DNA of 64,000 bases from a virus (IMGVR_UViG_3300050026_000241), one strand, 5' to 3'. Numbered from the stretch's first letter, positions 9,531 to 18,395 are shown. A program made the numbers and translations. The notes: generated from the letters alone by a model not told the origin.

Positions 9531-9854
9531 ATGGGCACAATGATTTGCACACGTTGCAACGGCACCGGCTTTCTCAACCTTGAGCAAGTCGATAAAAAGA
9601 CCCTAGCACGGTTTGAAGAAACCGGCGACCCCGGCATAATACTGGCCTGGATCGACGACCGAGACATAAAGGCGGCAGAGTGCGGCGGCTGTTACTGCGC
9701 TGCAACAAGAAGGCCGCCGTGTTCCTACTGTACTGACTTTGCCCACGACGTAAGCCCCTGCGATTGCTGCGGTAACGGAGAGCCCTGGGGCTGGTACTTT
9801 CTCCCTGGCTTACATAATTGGGACGACCCAAACGACCCGAAAGGATGCAGATAA
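9531..9854 (+). CDS. Cys-rich hypothetical protein
   Basis: CTRCNGTG, CGGCYC, CSYC, CDCCGNG clusters. Confidence 0.45.
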   Translation: MGTMICTRCNGTGFLNLEQVDKKTLARFEETGDPGIILAWIDDRDIKAAECGGCYCAATRRPPCSYCTDFAHDVSPCDCCGNGEPWGWYFLPGLHNWDDPNDPKGCR

Positions 9855-10045
9855 TGCTTCTTGATGAAGTCCTGTTAAACGACCGGCAAGTCCGGCCACG
9901 ACAAAAGTTCGACGGCTACGCCCACAACGAGACTGAGGCTGCCGTCGCCGCCCGTCTCGCTGTCTTGGAGGCCCGAGACCCTTCACAGAAGAGGCCGACG
10001 CCGAAGCGGAACGCCAACGCCAACGTCGATTGGATTGACCTATGA
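9845..10045 (+). CDS. hypothetical protein
   Basis: ATG inside track ORF 9818..10045. Confidence 0.35.
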   Translation: MQIMLLDEVLLNDRQVRPRQKFDGYAHNETEAAVAARLAVLEARDPSQKRPTPKRNANANVDWIDL

Positions 10046-10212
10046 GGTTACATGTGGAGAACCATTTGAAATACGTCACCAACTACAAAGCGGCCCTGGA
10101 TGAAGTGCTAGGAAGGCTGTCGCTTCCTTACGCCGATCTGGTGTCGGCTGCTGAACCGTCGTCTGTTTCACTTACCCCGTTCGAGTCCTTAGAAATTGGA
10201 GAGTTCGCATGA
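10042..10212 (+). CDS. hypothetical protein
   Basis: 56-aa ORF with ATGA overlaps at both ends; not in track; approximate. Confidence 0.25.
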   Translation: MRLHVENHLKYVTNYKAALDEVLGRLSLPYADLVSAAEPSSVSLTPFESLEIGEFA

Positions 10213-10433
10213 GTCAAGACTTTATTGGACGAGCCATCGCGGCCGGAAACACCATTGTCTATCCTGTCCGTCGTGGCAGCAAAATGTGGCTGAACAAGTT
10301 GGCCGTCACGCAAGTCGATGACGACCATATCACCGGGTTCAACAGCGACGGCCGCCGTATCACGGTGAAAAATCTCAAGAATTGCGTCGTGGTTGAACCG
10401 CTGCCCGTCGTGGACGGCGCTGCCGGCCTGTAA
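10209..10433 (+). CDS. hypothetical protein
   Basis: 74-aa ORF. Confidence 0.4.
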   Translation: MSQDFIGRAIAAGNTIVYPVRRGSKMWLNKLAVTQVDDDHITGFNSDGRRITVKNLKNCVVVEPLPVVDGAAGL

Positions 10434-10449
10434 ACACGGAGGTTTCATC

Positions 10450-10647
10450 TTGCCGAATTATGACTATCGCTGCGTGGGCTGCGGCCACGAGTGGGAAGTC
10501 TTTCACGCCATTGCCGACGAGGGGCCGAAGAAGTGCCCCAAGTGCAAGACGAAGAAGAGGCCCCGCAAAATGATTACGAGCCCGCCCGCATATCACAACC
10601 ATTATAGCCCGATGCACCCGCGAAAGAATCGCGGCCGGGGCTATTGA
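10450..10647 (+). CDS. FmdB-family zinc-ribbon protein
   Basis: YDYRCVGCGHEWEV...CPKC; TTG start. Confidence 0.5.
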   Translation: MPNYDYRCVGCGHEWEVFHAIADEGPKKCPKCKTKKRPRKMITSPPAYHNHYSPMHPRKNRGRGY

Positions 10648-10692
10648 TCGTAACGATTATACCTGCCGGAGCAATGCTCCGGCAGGCACAGC

Positions 10693-10720
10693 TTGACTTC
10701 TGGCCAAACTATGGTATATA
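10693..10720 (+). promoter_or_regulatory. sigma70-like promoter cassette
   Basis: TTGACT-N16-TGgTATATA; ATG 10728 ~7 nt after -10 (leaderless). Confidence 0.55.
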
Positions 10721-10727
10721 TTAAGAT

Positions 10728-11648
10728 ATGGAATTCATTCGCACGAAGAAGCGCGGTCAAAGTGCAAAAACATATCGCACTTGGCTCGCTGACGACGACT
10801 ACAGGATTGTATGGCGTAAGGAAGCGTTCGGCGTCGAAATGACGCCGGCCTACATGGCGTGTGTTAAGGTCATGGTTCCTAACGTCGGACAGGATTGGTA
10901 CACAACGCCCGAACTAGAGCGCGGCAAGCCGAAGTCCGCCGTCATGTGGGACTTCGTTGACCCGGCCCGCCACCTGCAAAAGAAGCTGAAAACCGCGCAA
11001 GAGACGTGCGAAAAGCACAAACGGCTCTGGACTAAAGCCTGTGACACCACGGGCATTCGCGGCATCATTGAACTTTTCGGTAAGGTGCCGTCTGCCGTGC
11101 CGCTGTGGGTGAAGAGCAAGCTACCCAAGAAAGTACTTGAAGTTCTCACCCGGCCGCCACACCTTTTTTACGAGGATGAAGAGGAATGTCAAGCACCTAC
11201 GCTGCCGGATGGCCCCGAAACAAGCCAGTCCGACCCTATCGCAATCTCTCCGACTTTGTTTCAAAATACCAATACCTCTCCAAGCGAGAGTGGCCCTGTC
11301 TCGCCTGCCGAGGCCGAGGATGGGACTACGACCCGGAAGACCCGGAAGACCCGGAAGACCCACCGTGCCCGGTCAAAGGGAACCGAGGTCGAAACACCAT
11401 CCCCTGCGCCGCCTGCGGAGGCACCGGCGAAGGCACCGGCGAAGGGAGCCGGCCAGCACCTGCTGGATTCTACTGCGCCGCCTGCGGAGGCACCGGCGAA
11501 GGGACGAAAGCCGCGTGTGTCAAAGCCTACCGGGAAGCCATCCAAAGGTTCAAAGCGGAAGCCGACGACTACAAAAGGCTCGCGCAAGTCCGCAAAGAAC
11601 TCCGCGAAGGGCTCTCGAAAGAGCAAATCCGCGCCATCAAAGAACTAG
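10728..11648 (+). CDS. hypothetical protein with basic K/A/P-rich low-complexity tail
   Basis: first gene led by the cassette promoter (ATG at TSS); frame ambiguous after ~11186. Confidence 0.45.
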   Translation: MEFIRTKKRGQSAKTYRTWLADDDYRIVWRKEAFGVEMTPAYMACVKVMVPNVGQDWYTTPELERGKPKSAVMWDFVDPARHLQKKLKTAQETCEKHKRLWTKACDTTGIRGIIELFGKVPSAVPLWVKSKLPKKVLEVLTRPPHLFYEDEEECQAPTLPDGPETSQSDPIAISPTLFQNTNTSPSESGPVSPAEAEDGTTTRKTRKTRKTHRARSKGTEVETPSPAPPAEAPAKAPAKGAGQHLLDSTAPPAEAPAKGRKPRVSKPTGKPSKGSKRKPTTTKGSRKSAKNSAKGSRKSKSAPSKN

Positions 11649-11656
11649 GAATTTAA
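11186..11656 (+). CDS. alternative overlapping ORF, Cys-rich (CxxCxGxG x3)
   Basis: GAGGA 5 nt upstream of ATG; CLACRGRGW, CAACGGTGEG twice; non-low-complexity C-terminus. Confidence 0.3.
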   Translation: MSSTYAAGWPRNKPVRPYRNLSDFVSKYQYLSKREWPCLACRGRGWDYDPEDPEDPEDPPCPVKGNRGRNTIPCAACGGTGEGTGEGSRPAPAGFYCAACGGTGEGTKAACVKAYREAIQRFKAEADDYKRLAQVRKELREGLSKEQIRAIKELGI

Positions 11657-11731
11657 CGTGAACGCCGAGTCGCTTATCCAGCGGCTTACAATCAGAACAA
11701 CCGATACAGAGTGAATTCCGAAAGATTCTAT

Positions 11732-11759
11732 TTGACTTCTCCGAATCAGATGGTATACT
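11732..11759 (+). promoter_or_regulatory. sigma70-like promoter cassette
   Basis: TTGACT-N16-TGgTATACT; ~65-nt leader to ATG 11824. Confidence 0.55.
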
Positions 11760-11823
11760 TGAATAGTCTTTGAGATAGTGCCATTACGGTATTAGTCCTG
11801 AGACAACACCTTTGGAGAGTACT

Positions 11824-12315
11824 ATGAAAACCGCCGACTATGAATCCTTAGCAGAGGCCGAGTTCTACATCTATGCCTACTTTGACGAGAAGGATGTGCC
11901 AATCTACATCAAAGCTGGCCGTGGCGACCAGGCTCATTCGCACATTCAAGGATGTCAGGCGGTATTCCGTGACAACAATTCGCCGGCTTTCTACCGGAAA
12001 CTCCGCGACATGCTTTATAAGAATTTGAAGCCGACTGTCCGCATCATTGCCGAGAATCTGACACAAGTTGAAGCGTTTGAAGTGTGGGAAGATTTCTTCA
12101 TCCAAGCCATCGGCCAACAAAGACTGGGCACCGGCCCGCTGCTGAACGAACACTTGAACGGCGACGGGGATGCTCAGGAACTTCACCCGCGCGTGGCACG
12201 GCCGCAACAACTCGCACACGCGCGCCCACATCGTACCCCGGCACGTTCCACCGTTCGACAGCAGCTTGAAATCGAATGGCAGACCGATTTGCAGACCGAA
12301 TTGCTGGCAACGTAA
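11824..12315 (+). CDS. GIY-YIG-like domain protein
   Basis: FYIYAYFDEKDVPIYIKAGRG resembles GIY...YIG; cassette promoter ~90 nt upstream; Arg-rich tail possibly over-extended. Confidence 0.4.
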   Translation: MKTADYESLAEAEFYIYAYFDEKDVPIYIKAGRGDQAHSHIQGCQAVFRDNNSPAFYRKLRDMLYKNLKPTVRIIAENLTQVEAFEVWEDFFIQAIGQQRLGTGPLLNEHLNGDGDAQELHPRVARPQQLAHARPHRTPARSTVRQQLEIEWQTDLQTELLAT

Positions 12316-12422
12316 TCATCCGGCAGTCCAAACGCGCCAAGGTTGGCGATGCTGCCGGGTGGCGAGCGCCTTCTTGCGAGACTCGTCACCACCCGGCAGC
12401 AATTCGACTGTGACCACACACA

Positions 12423-12617
12423 ATGCAAAAGACAGACCGTTTGAACCAACTGATCGCGGACATTCGCCGCGAGGCCCCGCACGTCGGCAAGAAGCCGTAC
12501 AGCCACAACATTATCCGAACCGCTTTGAGTATCATCGCCGACGAGTTTGGCGTCGAGGAAGCCAATAAGGTCGTCCGAAAACTCAGGCTGCATCGGAGAG
12601 GATTCAACGAAGAGTAA
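12423..12617 (+). CDS. hypothetical protein
   Basis: 64-aa ORF. Confidence 0.4.
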   Translation: MQKTDRLNQLIADIRREAPHVGKKPYSHNIIRTALSIIADEFGVEEANKVVRKLRLHRRGFNEE

Positions 12618-12621
12618 TTCA

Positions 12622-12924
12622 ATGACGAGTAAAGCCAAGGCAACAAAACTGTCGGACCCGACGCCGTTCAGAACAGTGGCGGACGAGCGAATCTCAAAAC
12701 GCACAAGCGAAAAGCAAACCCTACAAACCCTGCGTGAACAAGTACAAGCGGGTAAAAGTGACGCCAAGGTGAAGGCAGTGCTCGCCCAGATCAAGAGCAA
12801 GTTTGGGGACGCCGCCTTCGAGAAAGAACTTCGCGCCTACGCCGTGACCAAGGCCGGCGTCAAAGGTGCGCAAGACGTGAGGCTACCGCCCGGCGTCAGC
12901 CCGAATGTGGGAAGGAACAAGTAA
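12622..12924 (+). CDS. basic small protein, PARAKKLD/KFGD family copy 1
   Basis: array of 5 tandem paralogs; shared N-terminal K..ARAKKLD-like and QIxxKFGD[AE][EA][YF] motifs. Confidence 0.5.
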   Translation: MTSKAKATKLSDPTPFRTVADERISKRTSEKQTLQTLREQVQAGKSDAKVKAVLAQIKSKFGDAAFEKELRAYAVTKAGVKGAQDVRLPPGVSPNVGRNK

Positions 12925-13211
12925 TGGGCAAGGCACGCGCAACACGACTCAACCGGCAAGTGCCCTTGAAGCTGGCGACAGACAGCCAAGCAAAGAAGGC
13001 CGCCGAACAGGCGACAAACAAGGCCCGAATGAAGGCGATGGGCAAGCCGGCAACCAAGGAAGAAAAGCTGAAACTGGCTGTCGCCCAGATTCATGCCCGA
13101 GACTCGGAAGCCTTCAAGCAGCACGCCGAGACCAGGAACGACATGCCGGCTCGCGGCATCGACAAAGTTGGTTTCATACCCAACGACCCCTCAATGGCAA
13201 AGGTAAAGTAA
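12924..13211 (+). CDS. basic small protein, family copy 2 (divergent)
   Basis: MGKARATRLN..., LAVAQIHARDSEAFK. Confidence 0.45.
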   Translation: MGKARATRLNRQVPLKLATDSQAKKAAEQATNKARMKAMGKPATKEEKLKLAVAQIHARDSEAFKQHAETRNDMPARGIDKVGFIPNDPSMAKVK

Positions 13212-13498
13212 TGGGGAAGAAACCAACACCGGCGAGAGCCAAGAAGCTCGATACGAGCGTACCGATGCGGGGCAGAAGCGTCGGTATCGAACCGCCAAAG
13301 ACTGGCCGCCCGCTGCCAGCAACACCCAAGGCAGGGCCGGCGAAAGCCACTAGCAAGGATGCCGCGCTGCAAAAGATTCGTCAGAAGTACGGCGAAGACG
13401 AGTACCACAGGGCGCTGGACGAATACCAGAAAACCTTCCGTGGTGAGCAGCGAACCAACAGCGAGATTCGCAACAAGGATAACAGCCATGCGAAGTAA
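13211..13498 (+). CDS. basic small protein, family copy 3
   Basis: KKPTPARAKKLD; QKIRQKYGEDEY. Confidence 0.5.
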   Translation: MGKKPTPARAKKLDTSVPMRGRSVGIEPPKTGRPLPATPKAGPAKATSKDAALQKIRQKYGEDEYHRALDEYQKTFRGEQRTNSEIRNKDNSHAK

Positions 13499-13823
13499 AC
13501 CGCAACCAGCGCGAGCCAAGAAGCTCGATATGACACGACCGCTGCATACTGTGCCGGCCCAAGCCGACAGGTCTGTGCCCAAGGCAGACAAGCGGACAGT
13601 CCGCAACAAGACCGAACTCGCTGCCTTGCGTGAGCAAGTGAAGCAGGCGGCGGCCACAGAGGGCGGCCGTCAGAGTCAAGCCGCCAAGCTGGCTCTGGGC
13701 CAGATCGAGGCCAAGTTCGGTGACGCCGAGTACCGCAAAGCCATGCGTGAGAACAACTTGACGTACAAAGGGCATCAAGACATGCCCATCAACGTCCTGC
13801 CTGGAAAGGGGCCGGTCCAATGA
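13488..13823 (+). CDS. basic small protein, family copy 4
   Basis: KPQPARAKKLD; LAALREQV; QIEAKFGDAEY. Confidence 0.5.
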   Translation: MRSKPQPARAKKLDMTRPLHTVPAQADRSVPKADKRTVRNKTELAALREQVKQAAATEGGRQSQAAKLALGQIEAKFGDAEYRKAMRENNLTYKGHQDMPINVLPGKGPVQ

Positions 13824-14203
13824 GCAAGCCGTCGAGCAAGAAGCCACAACCCGCCAGAGCCAAGAGACTCGACAGAGAAATGCCGCTGCGGGCTACGCGA
13901 ATGGGCGTCGGCCAGCAAGAGTCGCGGCCGACTATTACCAAAGAGGTAAAGCCACCGGCCCAACTCACGGCGTTGCGTGAGAAAATCCGGGCTGAAAACA
14001 GCGGTAAGAATGACAACGCCCGTGCCCGAACAGCGAACGTCCAAAGCACCTTGGAGCAGATTCGAGTCAAGTTCGGTGACGAGGAATACCGCGCGGCCGT
14101 GCAGGATTTCAAGACAGACTTCCGCGAGTTTGACAAGATCAACTTGCTCAGAAATAAGGGGCCTGGGGTGCAACCCAAAGACCACTTGCAAACCCCTCCC
14201 TGA
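13820..14203 (+). CDS. basic small protein, family copy 5
   Basis: KKPQPARAKRLD; LTALREKI; QIRVKFGDEEY. Confidence 0.5.
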   Translation: MSKPSSKKPQPARAKRLDREMPLRATRMGVGQQESRPTITKEVKPPAQLTALREKIRAENSGKNDNARARTANVQSTLEQIRVKFGDEEYRAAVQDFKTDFREFDKINLLRNKGPGVQPKDHLQTPP

Positions 14204-14218
14204 CAACAAGGCCGACAA

Positions 14219-14626
14219 ATGGGCGACAAGATTGCCGACATGCTTGCATCTTTGCAGCAGTATACCGCCAGCATCAAGCTAGGATGCAACCATGCTGCCC
14301 GTATAATCATACTATCACACCGGTTTACAGTCCTGAACGACATCTTCAAGGAAATGAATAGCGCGTTGCTCGTCGAACACGAGTCCGTGAAAGAAATCCT
14401 TGACGCCGGCACCGACCCGCAGCCACCAGCATACGTGGCTTTCATGGCCCATTACGAGGAATTCAAGGTGATCCACAAGCTGATGCAGGATACGGCCAAG
14501 GAAATACAGGAAGAGAAGGGCTTCGTCGATTGGCACATGGACAATGGAATCATGCCGGATTACAACGAGGTCGTGAAGCACTTGAAAGATGTCATAGGGG
14601 AGCAAGGAAACACGAATGTTAATTGA
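14219..14626 (+). CDS. hypothetical protein, paralog pair member 1
   Basis: TDPQPPAYVAFMAHYEEFKVIHKLMQDTAKE aligns with 14616 paralog. Confidence 0.5.
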   Translation: MGDKIADMLASLQQYTASIKLGCNHAARIIILSHRFTVLNDIFKEMNSALLVEHESVKEILDAGTDPQPPAYVAFMAHYEEFKVIHKLMQDTAKEIQEEKGFVDWHMDNGIMPDYNEVVKHLKDVIGEQGNTNVN

Positions 14627-15242
14627 AATTATCACAGTCGAGCAATTCAAGGTGTTGCTGGACTACGACATTGCCGAGAAAATAGCCAATGACCGGCTAG
14701 CCCGCTTAGAGACGCTCAACAACAGAGTCAGCATGTTGGCCGTGTTATACACGGAGCTGTGCCGCAGGCTGTATGTCGAGTGTGAGGATGCCAGGGAGAT
14801 TGTCGAAGCGACAGAGAACCCGCAGGCAACAGCCTACGTTGAGTACGTGTCCCATTACGACGCTTCCAATGTGGTCTACGATCTGATGCAGGAAGCAACG
14901 AAAGAAGCCAATACGGAAGCAAGCTATCTCGCCTGGTTCAAAACAATGACGTTTGACCCCGCATACAAGGCGGCGATAGAATTGATTAAAGGTAAGAGGG
15001 ACGAAGGGACGAAGGGTGAAACAGTGCAAGATATAACGCTAAACGAAGATATAACGGACGCAGCCGAAGATATAACGGACGCAGCCGAAGAAGCCTTAAT
15101 TGAGGAAGTTAAAGGTCTTGACGCCGATGACTTGCTCGATGCTTGCGAGCATGTCCTTGGATTAAATCATCCAGCGACAAAGGCACTGCGTTTTGAAGTT
15201 GAGCGCATCAATGGTGAACATGAAACACCGGGGAGTCTCTAA
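14616..15242 (+). CDS. hypothetical protein, paralog pair member 2
   Basis: TENPQATAYVEYVSHYDASNVVYDLMQEATKE; internal repeat EDITDAAEx2. Confidence 0.5.
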   Translation: MLIEIITVEQFKVLLDYDIAEKIANDRLARLETLNNRVSMLAVLYTELCRRLYVECEDAREIVEATENPQATAYVEYVSHYDASNVVYDLMQEATKEANTEASYLAWFKTMTFDPAYKAAIELIKGKRDEGTKGETVQDITLNEDITDAAEDITDAAEEALIEEVKGLDADDLLDACEHVLGLNHPATKALRFEVERINGEHETPGSL

Positions 15243-16087
15243 TGTGGTTGAATCTATCAACAACCTTTCCCTCTGCTCCGGTGGTGGCGGGCTCGACATC
15301 GGACTTGAACTCGCTCTCGGAGCGGTTCGCACGGTCTGTTGGGTGGAGTGGGAAGCCTTTGCCATCGAGTACATTGCGAAAGCGATGGAAAACGGCGGCT
15401 TGGATAAAGCACCTATTTGGACTGACGTGCGCACTTTCGACGGACGACCCTGGTGTGGCGTCGTGGATAGCATCACTGCGGGCTACCCGTGTCAACCGTT
15501 CAGCTATGCGGGTGACAGACATGGACAGGATGATCCTCGTCACCTGTGGCCACACGTCGCTCGAATCGTTGGCGAAATTAAACCCACACTCGTCTTTCTC
15601 GAAAACGTGTCAGGACACCTTACCCTTGGGTACGATCAAGTCGCTGCCGATCTTGACAAACTGGATTACACAGTTGCGACAGGACTCTTCACAACGTCAG
15701 AAGTTGGCGGAAGCCAAAAACGAGAGCGGCTTTTCACTGTGGCCTGCGCCGGCCGCGACCATGACAACAGGCGAAGACAAGGATGCGAGCTGGGTTCCCG
15801 GTCAGAAGCCGACACGGTGGGGGAAAGTAGTACAAACAGCGTTGACCACCTGTGCCAAGATTTGGATGCGGGACTACCTCTCTTCCCTCCGCGACCGGAC
15901 GACTATGAAACCTGGACCGCCCTGCTCAAAGACACCCAAAACCAAAGGCTCGCCCCTGCGCTTGAACCCGACCTTCACTGGCTGGCTGATGGGATGGCCG
16001 AACTTCGGTTGCACGGCAACGGAGTGGTCCCGCTACAAGCAGCGTATGCGTTCTGCTCTCTGTGGTCTGTTTTGCGAAACGAAGTAG
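15220..16087 (+). pseudogene. DNA (cytosine-5)-methyltransferase split across two reading frames
   Basis: frame of 15220: motif I LSLCSGGGGLD, motif IV GYPCQPFSYAG, motif VI ENV, motif VIII QKRERLF; frame of 15242 downstream: TRD LWPAPAATMTTGEDKD and motif IX-like RLNPTFTGWLMGWPNFG; switch at T4 run ~15731-15734. Confidence 0.55.
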
Positions 16088-16091
16088 CCAC

Positions 16092-17018
16092 ATGAACATC
16101 TTCTACAAACATCCGAGAAGCGGTATGGTTGTTTGGCCCGCTGACTGGACCGACCGCCACTTCAACTGTAATGAACCCTGTGACGTGCTCATCGGTGCGT
16201 GCTCTTGTGGAGCATGGCACAATGAAAACGAAGAATGGGTGCGCCAGATTTTACTCGACCACAACGCAATCATCCTAGAAAGACCTGACATGCCTCTCTA
16301 TTGTCCGAATTGCCGCTCGCAACTCGACCCCACGAATGCCGTTAAGCAGCATATTAGCTGCGCCATGTGCTTCTGGATGGGTATGCTCAAGGACTGCCTC
16401 AAGGAGCTGCCGTCGCGCATCGGGATGCCGTATGTATCTATTGATTTAGAGACAACCGGCCTGAACCCTGATTATTGCCAGCTTCTTGAGATCGGTGCGG
16501 TATACGACGACGGCAGATTCATTGACGAATTACCGGTCTTCCATAAGTACGTCTACAGTCCTGACGGCCGCTATACTGGCGAACCATTCGCCCTGCAAAT
16601 GAATGCAAAAATCTTAAAGCGGCTGTCGAGCATTTCCGAGGCCGATAAACAGAACAAGGTGTGCGTGCGGCCGGATGAAGTGGCCGAGTGTTTCCGTCAA
16701 TGGTTAATTGAAGCCTGTGGGTGGGACGGTAAAACCTGTATCACCCCGGCCGGCAAGAACTTTGCCAGCTTCGACAAGCAGTTTCTCTACCGACTCCCCG
16801 GCTGGACCGAGAAAGTGAAGCTGAACCATAGGACGCTGGACCCGGCCATGCTCTGGTGGAACCCGTTGACGGACGACAGGCTGCCAGGCAGTCAAGAGTG
16901 CATGGACCGCGCCGGGCTCAAGGGCACCGTTGCCCACACCGCCGTCGAAGATGCGGAAGTTGTAGTCAGGCTTATCCGGTTGGCAGTCAGGCAGGGGCGA
17001 GTCAAGTGGAGCGATTAA
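16092..17018 (+). CDS. DEDDh 3'-5' exonuclease (DnaQ-like) with Cys-rich N-terminal domain
   Basis: Exo I VSIDLETTGL; Exo II GKNFASFD; Exo III HTAVEDA. Confidence 0.7.
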   Translation: MNIFYKHPRSGMVVWPADWTDRHFNCNEPCDVLIGACSCGAWHNENEEWVRQILLDHNAIILERPDMPLYCPNCRSQLDPTNAVKQHISCAMCFWMGMLKDCLKELPSRIGMPYVSIDLETTGLNPDYCQLLEIGAVYDDGRFIDELPVFHKYVYSPDGRYTGEPFALQMNAKILKRLSSISEADKQNKVCVRPDEVAECFRQWLIEACGWDGKTCITPAGKNFASFDKQFLYRLPGWTEKVKLNHRTLDPAMLWWNPLTDDRLPGSQECMDRAGLKGTVAHTAVEDAEVVVRLIRLAVRQGRVKWSD

Positions 17019-17653
17019 CCCTTTCACACCCTGCCACCTCGCAAGATGCCTGGGTCATTGAGACTCTTGGACGTAGGCGCGGTGGTTTCTTCGTAGAGAT
17101 CGGTGGCTACGACGGCGTTACGCACAGTAACACACTGGCTCTGGAACGCAGTTTTGATTGGGATGGCTTGCTGGTGGAAGCCAACCCGGACCACTACAAG
17201 AAGATGGTGGAGTACCGGCCAGCGTGCCAGCATGACAACCGGGCCGTGAGTGTCAGCACCGGCAGTGATGTCAGATTCACTAAAGCCGGTCAGTGGAGCG
17301 GTCTGACCGACTTTCTGCCCGAGGCTTGGCAGCAAGAGTACGACGACCGAAACGCGCCGACCTTCTGGGTGAAGACGGTCAAACTGCTTGACTTGTTCCG
17401 AGAGCACAACGTACCGAGAGTCATTGACTACTTCTCGCTCGACATTGAAGGCGGGGAATTACCTGTGTTGCGGGAGTTTTTCCGATTCGGCCACACCCTG
17501 TTTCGTTTTCGCTGCATGACCGTCGAATACCAGATGGACGGCGGCAACCTCATGCGCTTGGAACGCTTACTTGGACCCCACGGCTACACGCTTGAAAAGG
17601 TGCAAGCGTGGGACGCCTTCTTCGTCAACCGAGACCTTTTGGAGACCCAATGA
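17006..17653 (+). CDS. FkbM-family methyltransferase
   Basis: FVEIGGYDG; IDYFSLDIEGGELPVL; GTG start overlapping upstream gene. Confidence 0.6.
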   Translation: MERLTLSHPATSQDAWVIETLGRRRGGFFVEIGGYDGVTHSNTLALERSFDWDGLLVEANPDHYKKMVEYRPACQHDNRAVSVSTGSDVRFTKAGQWSGLTDFLPEAWQQEYDDRNAPTFWVKTVKLLDLFREHNVPRVIDYFSLDIEGGELPVLREFFRFGHTLFRFRCMTVEYQMDGGNLMRLERLLGPHGYTLEKVQAWDAFFVNRDLLETQ

Positions 17654-17913
17654 TAGTCGAATCCCTGCTTTTCCTTATTGTTGTGCTGCTGGGCCTGTTG
17701 CTCTACAAGGCCGGTATTGTGGAGGCCCCTTCCGAGGGGCGTGAGACACTAAACCGGCTGGACTACGACCGAGAGGCCGTGAAGCTGGCCGCCGAAGAGG
17801 CCGCTGCCAAAGAAGCCGAGCAGGCCCGTTTGAAGCACGACCTTGAGTGTGCTTCCCACGAATCGCCGGCCGCCAAGAAGGCCCGCACCGCGCGAAAACC
17901 GAAAAATTCGTAA
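17650..17913 (+). CDS. small membrane-anchored protein
   Basis: N-terminal TM LLFLIVVLLGLLLY, charged helical tail. Confidence 0.45.
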   Translation: MIVESLLFLIVVLLGLLLYKAGIVEAPSEGRETLNRLDYDREAVKLAAEEAAAKEAEQARLKHDLECASHESPAAKKARTARKPKNS

Positions 17914-17935
17914 GAGCGCGCACAACTCGCGCCCG

Positions 17936-17954
17936 TTTTACGACTCTCTATGTG
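17936..17954 (+). promoter_or_regulatory. T7-like single-subunit RNAP promoter candidate
   Basis: TTTTACGACTCTCTATGTG vs T7 TAATACGACTCACTATAGG; same element recurs at ~23029. Confidence 0.45.
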
Positions 17955-17997
17955 AACACCGTTTACATTCCATTCGTTTGAACCCGGAGAAAGTACC

Positions 17998-18255
17998 ATG
18001 TCCGAAAGCATCATGCAGAAGGTCAAAGACGCCGCCAAGTCGGGCTTGACCGCCGTTGAAACCGCCCTGGGCTTCGCCAAGGCCGAAGGCCAGAAGGTTG
18101 CCGCCGCCGCCACGACGGTCGTGACGACCGACGCCCCCGCCGTACAGGCCGCCATCAAGGCCGGTGAGACCGCTGCCGTCGCCGTCGCGCAGAGCGCCAC
18201 GGCCGCCGTTCAGCAAGTCGCCGCCACCGGTGCCCCGGCACCCGCCGCAAGCTGA
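17998..18255 (+). CDS. Ala-rich small protein
   Basis: 85 aa, ~35% Ala; follows T7-like promoter motif at ~17936. Confidence 0.5.
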   Translation: MSESIMQKVKDAAKSGLTAVETALGFAKAEGQKVAAAATTVVTTDAPAVQAAIKAGETAAVAVAQSATAAVQQVAATGAPAPAAS

Positions 18256-18282
18256 TCGTATCCCGAAGTCGGTTTTCCCGGC

Positions 18283-18310
18283 TTGACTTCTGCGGAATAG
18301 CCGGTATACT
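18283..18310 (+). promoter_or_regulatory. sigma70-like promoter cassette (orphan; drives hairpin transcript)
   Basis: TTGACT-N16-cGgTATACT; no ORF before next cassette at 18432. Confidence 0.45.
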
Positions 18311-18312
18311 TC

Positions 18313-18395
18313 AATACGGCTTCGTAGTTGAGACGAAGATGTCGGGGACAGACAAAAAGTGTGTCAACATAACACCGTCCTTTTTGTCTGTCCCT
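18313..18395 (+). ncRNA. candidate short structured transcript (orphan promoter + 15-bp stem-loop)
   Basis: stem GGGACAGACAAAAAG (~18345-18359) pairs with CTTTTTGTCTGTCCC (~18380-18394), 20-nt loop. Confidence 0.3.

Noticed and set aside
16010-16087. A second compensating frameshift restoring motif X (GNGVVPLQAAYAF) of the Dcm gene
   Set aside because: The motif IX-to-motif X spacing that would result (~3 aa) is atypically short, and the same nucleotides read RYKQ in the other frame; cannot be decided without alignment, so only the first frame switch is asserted.
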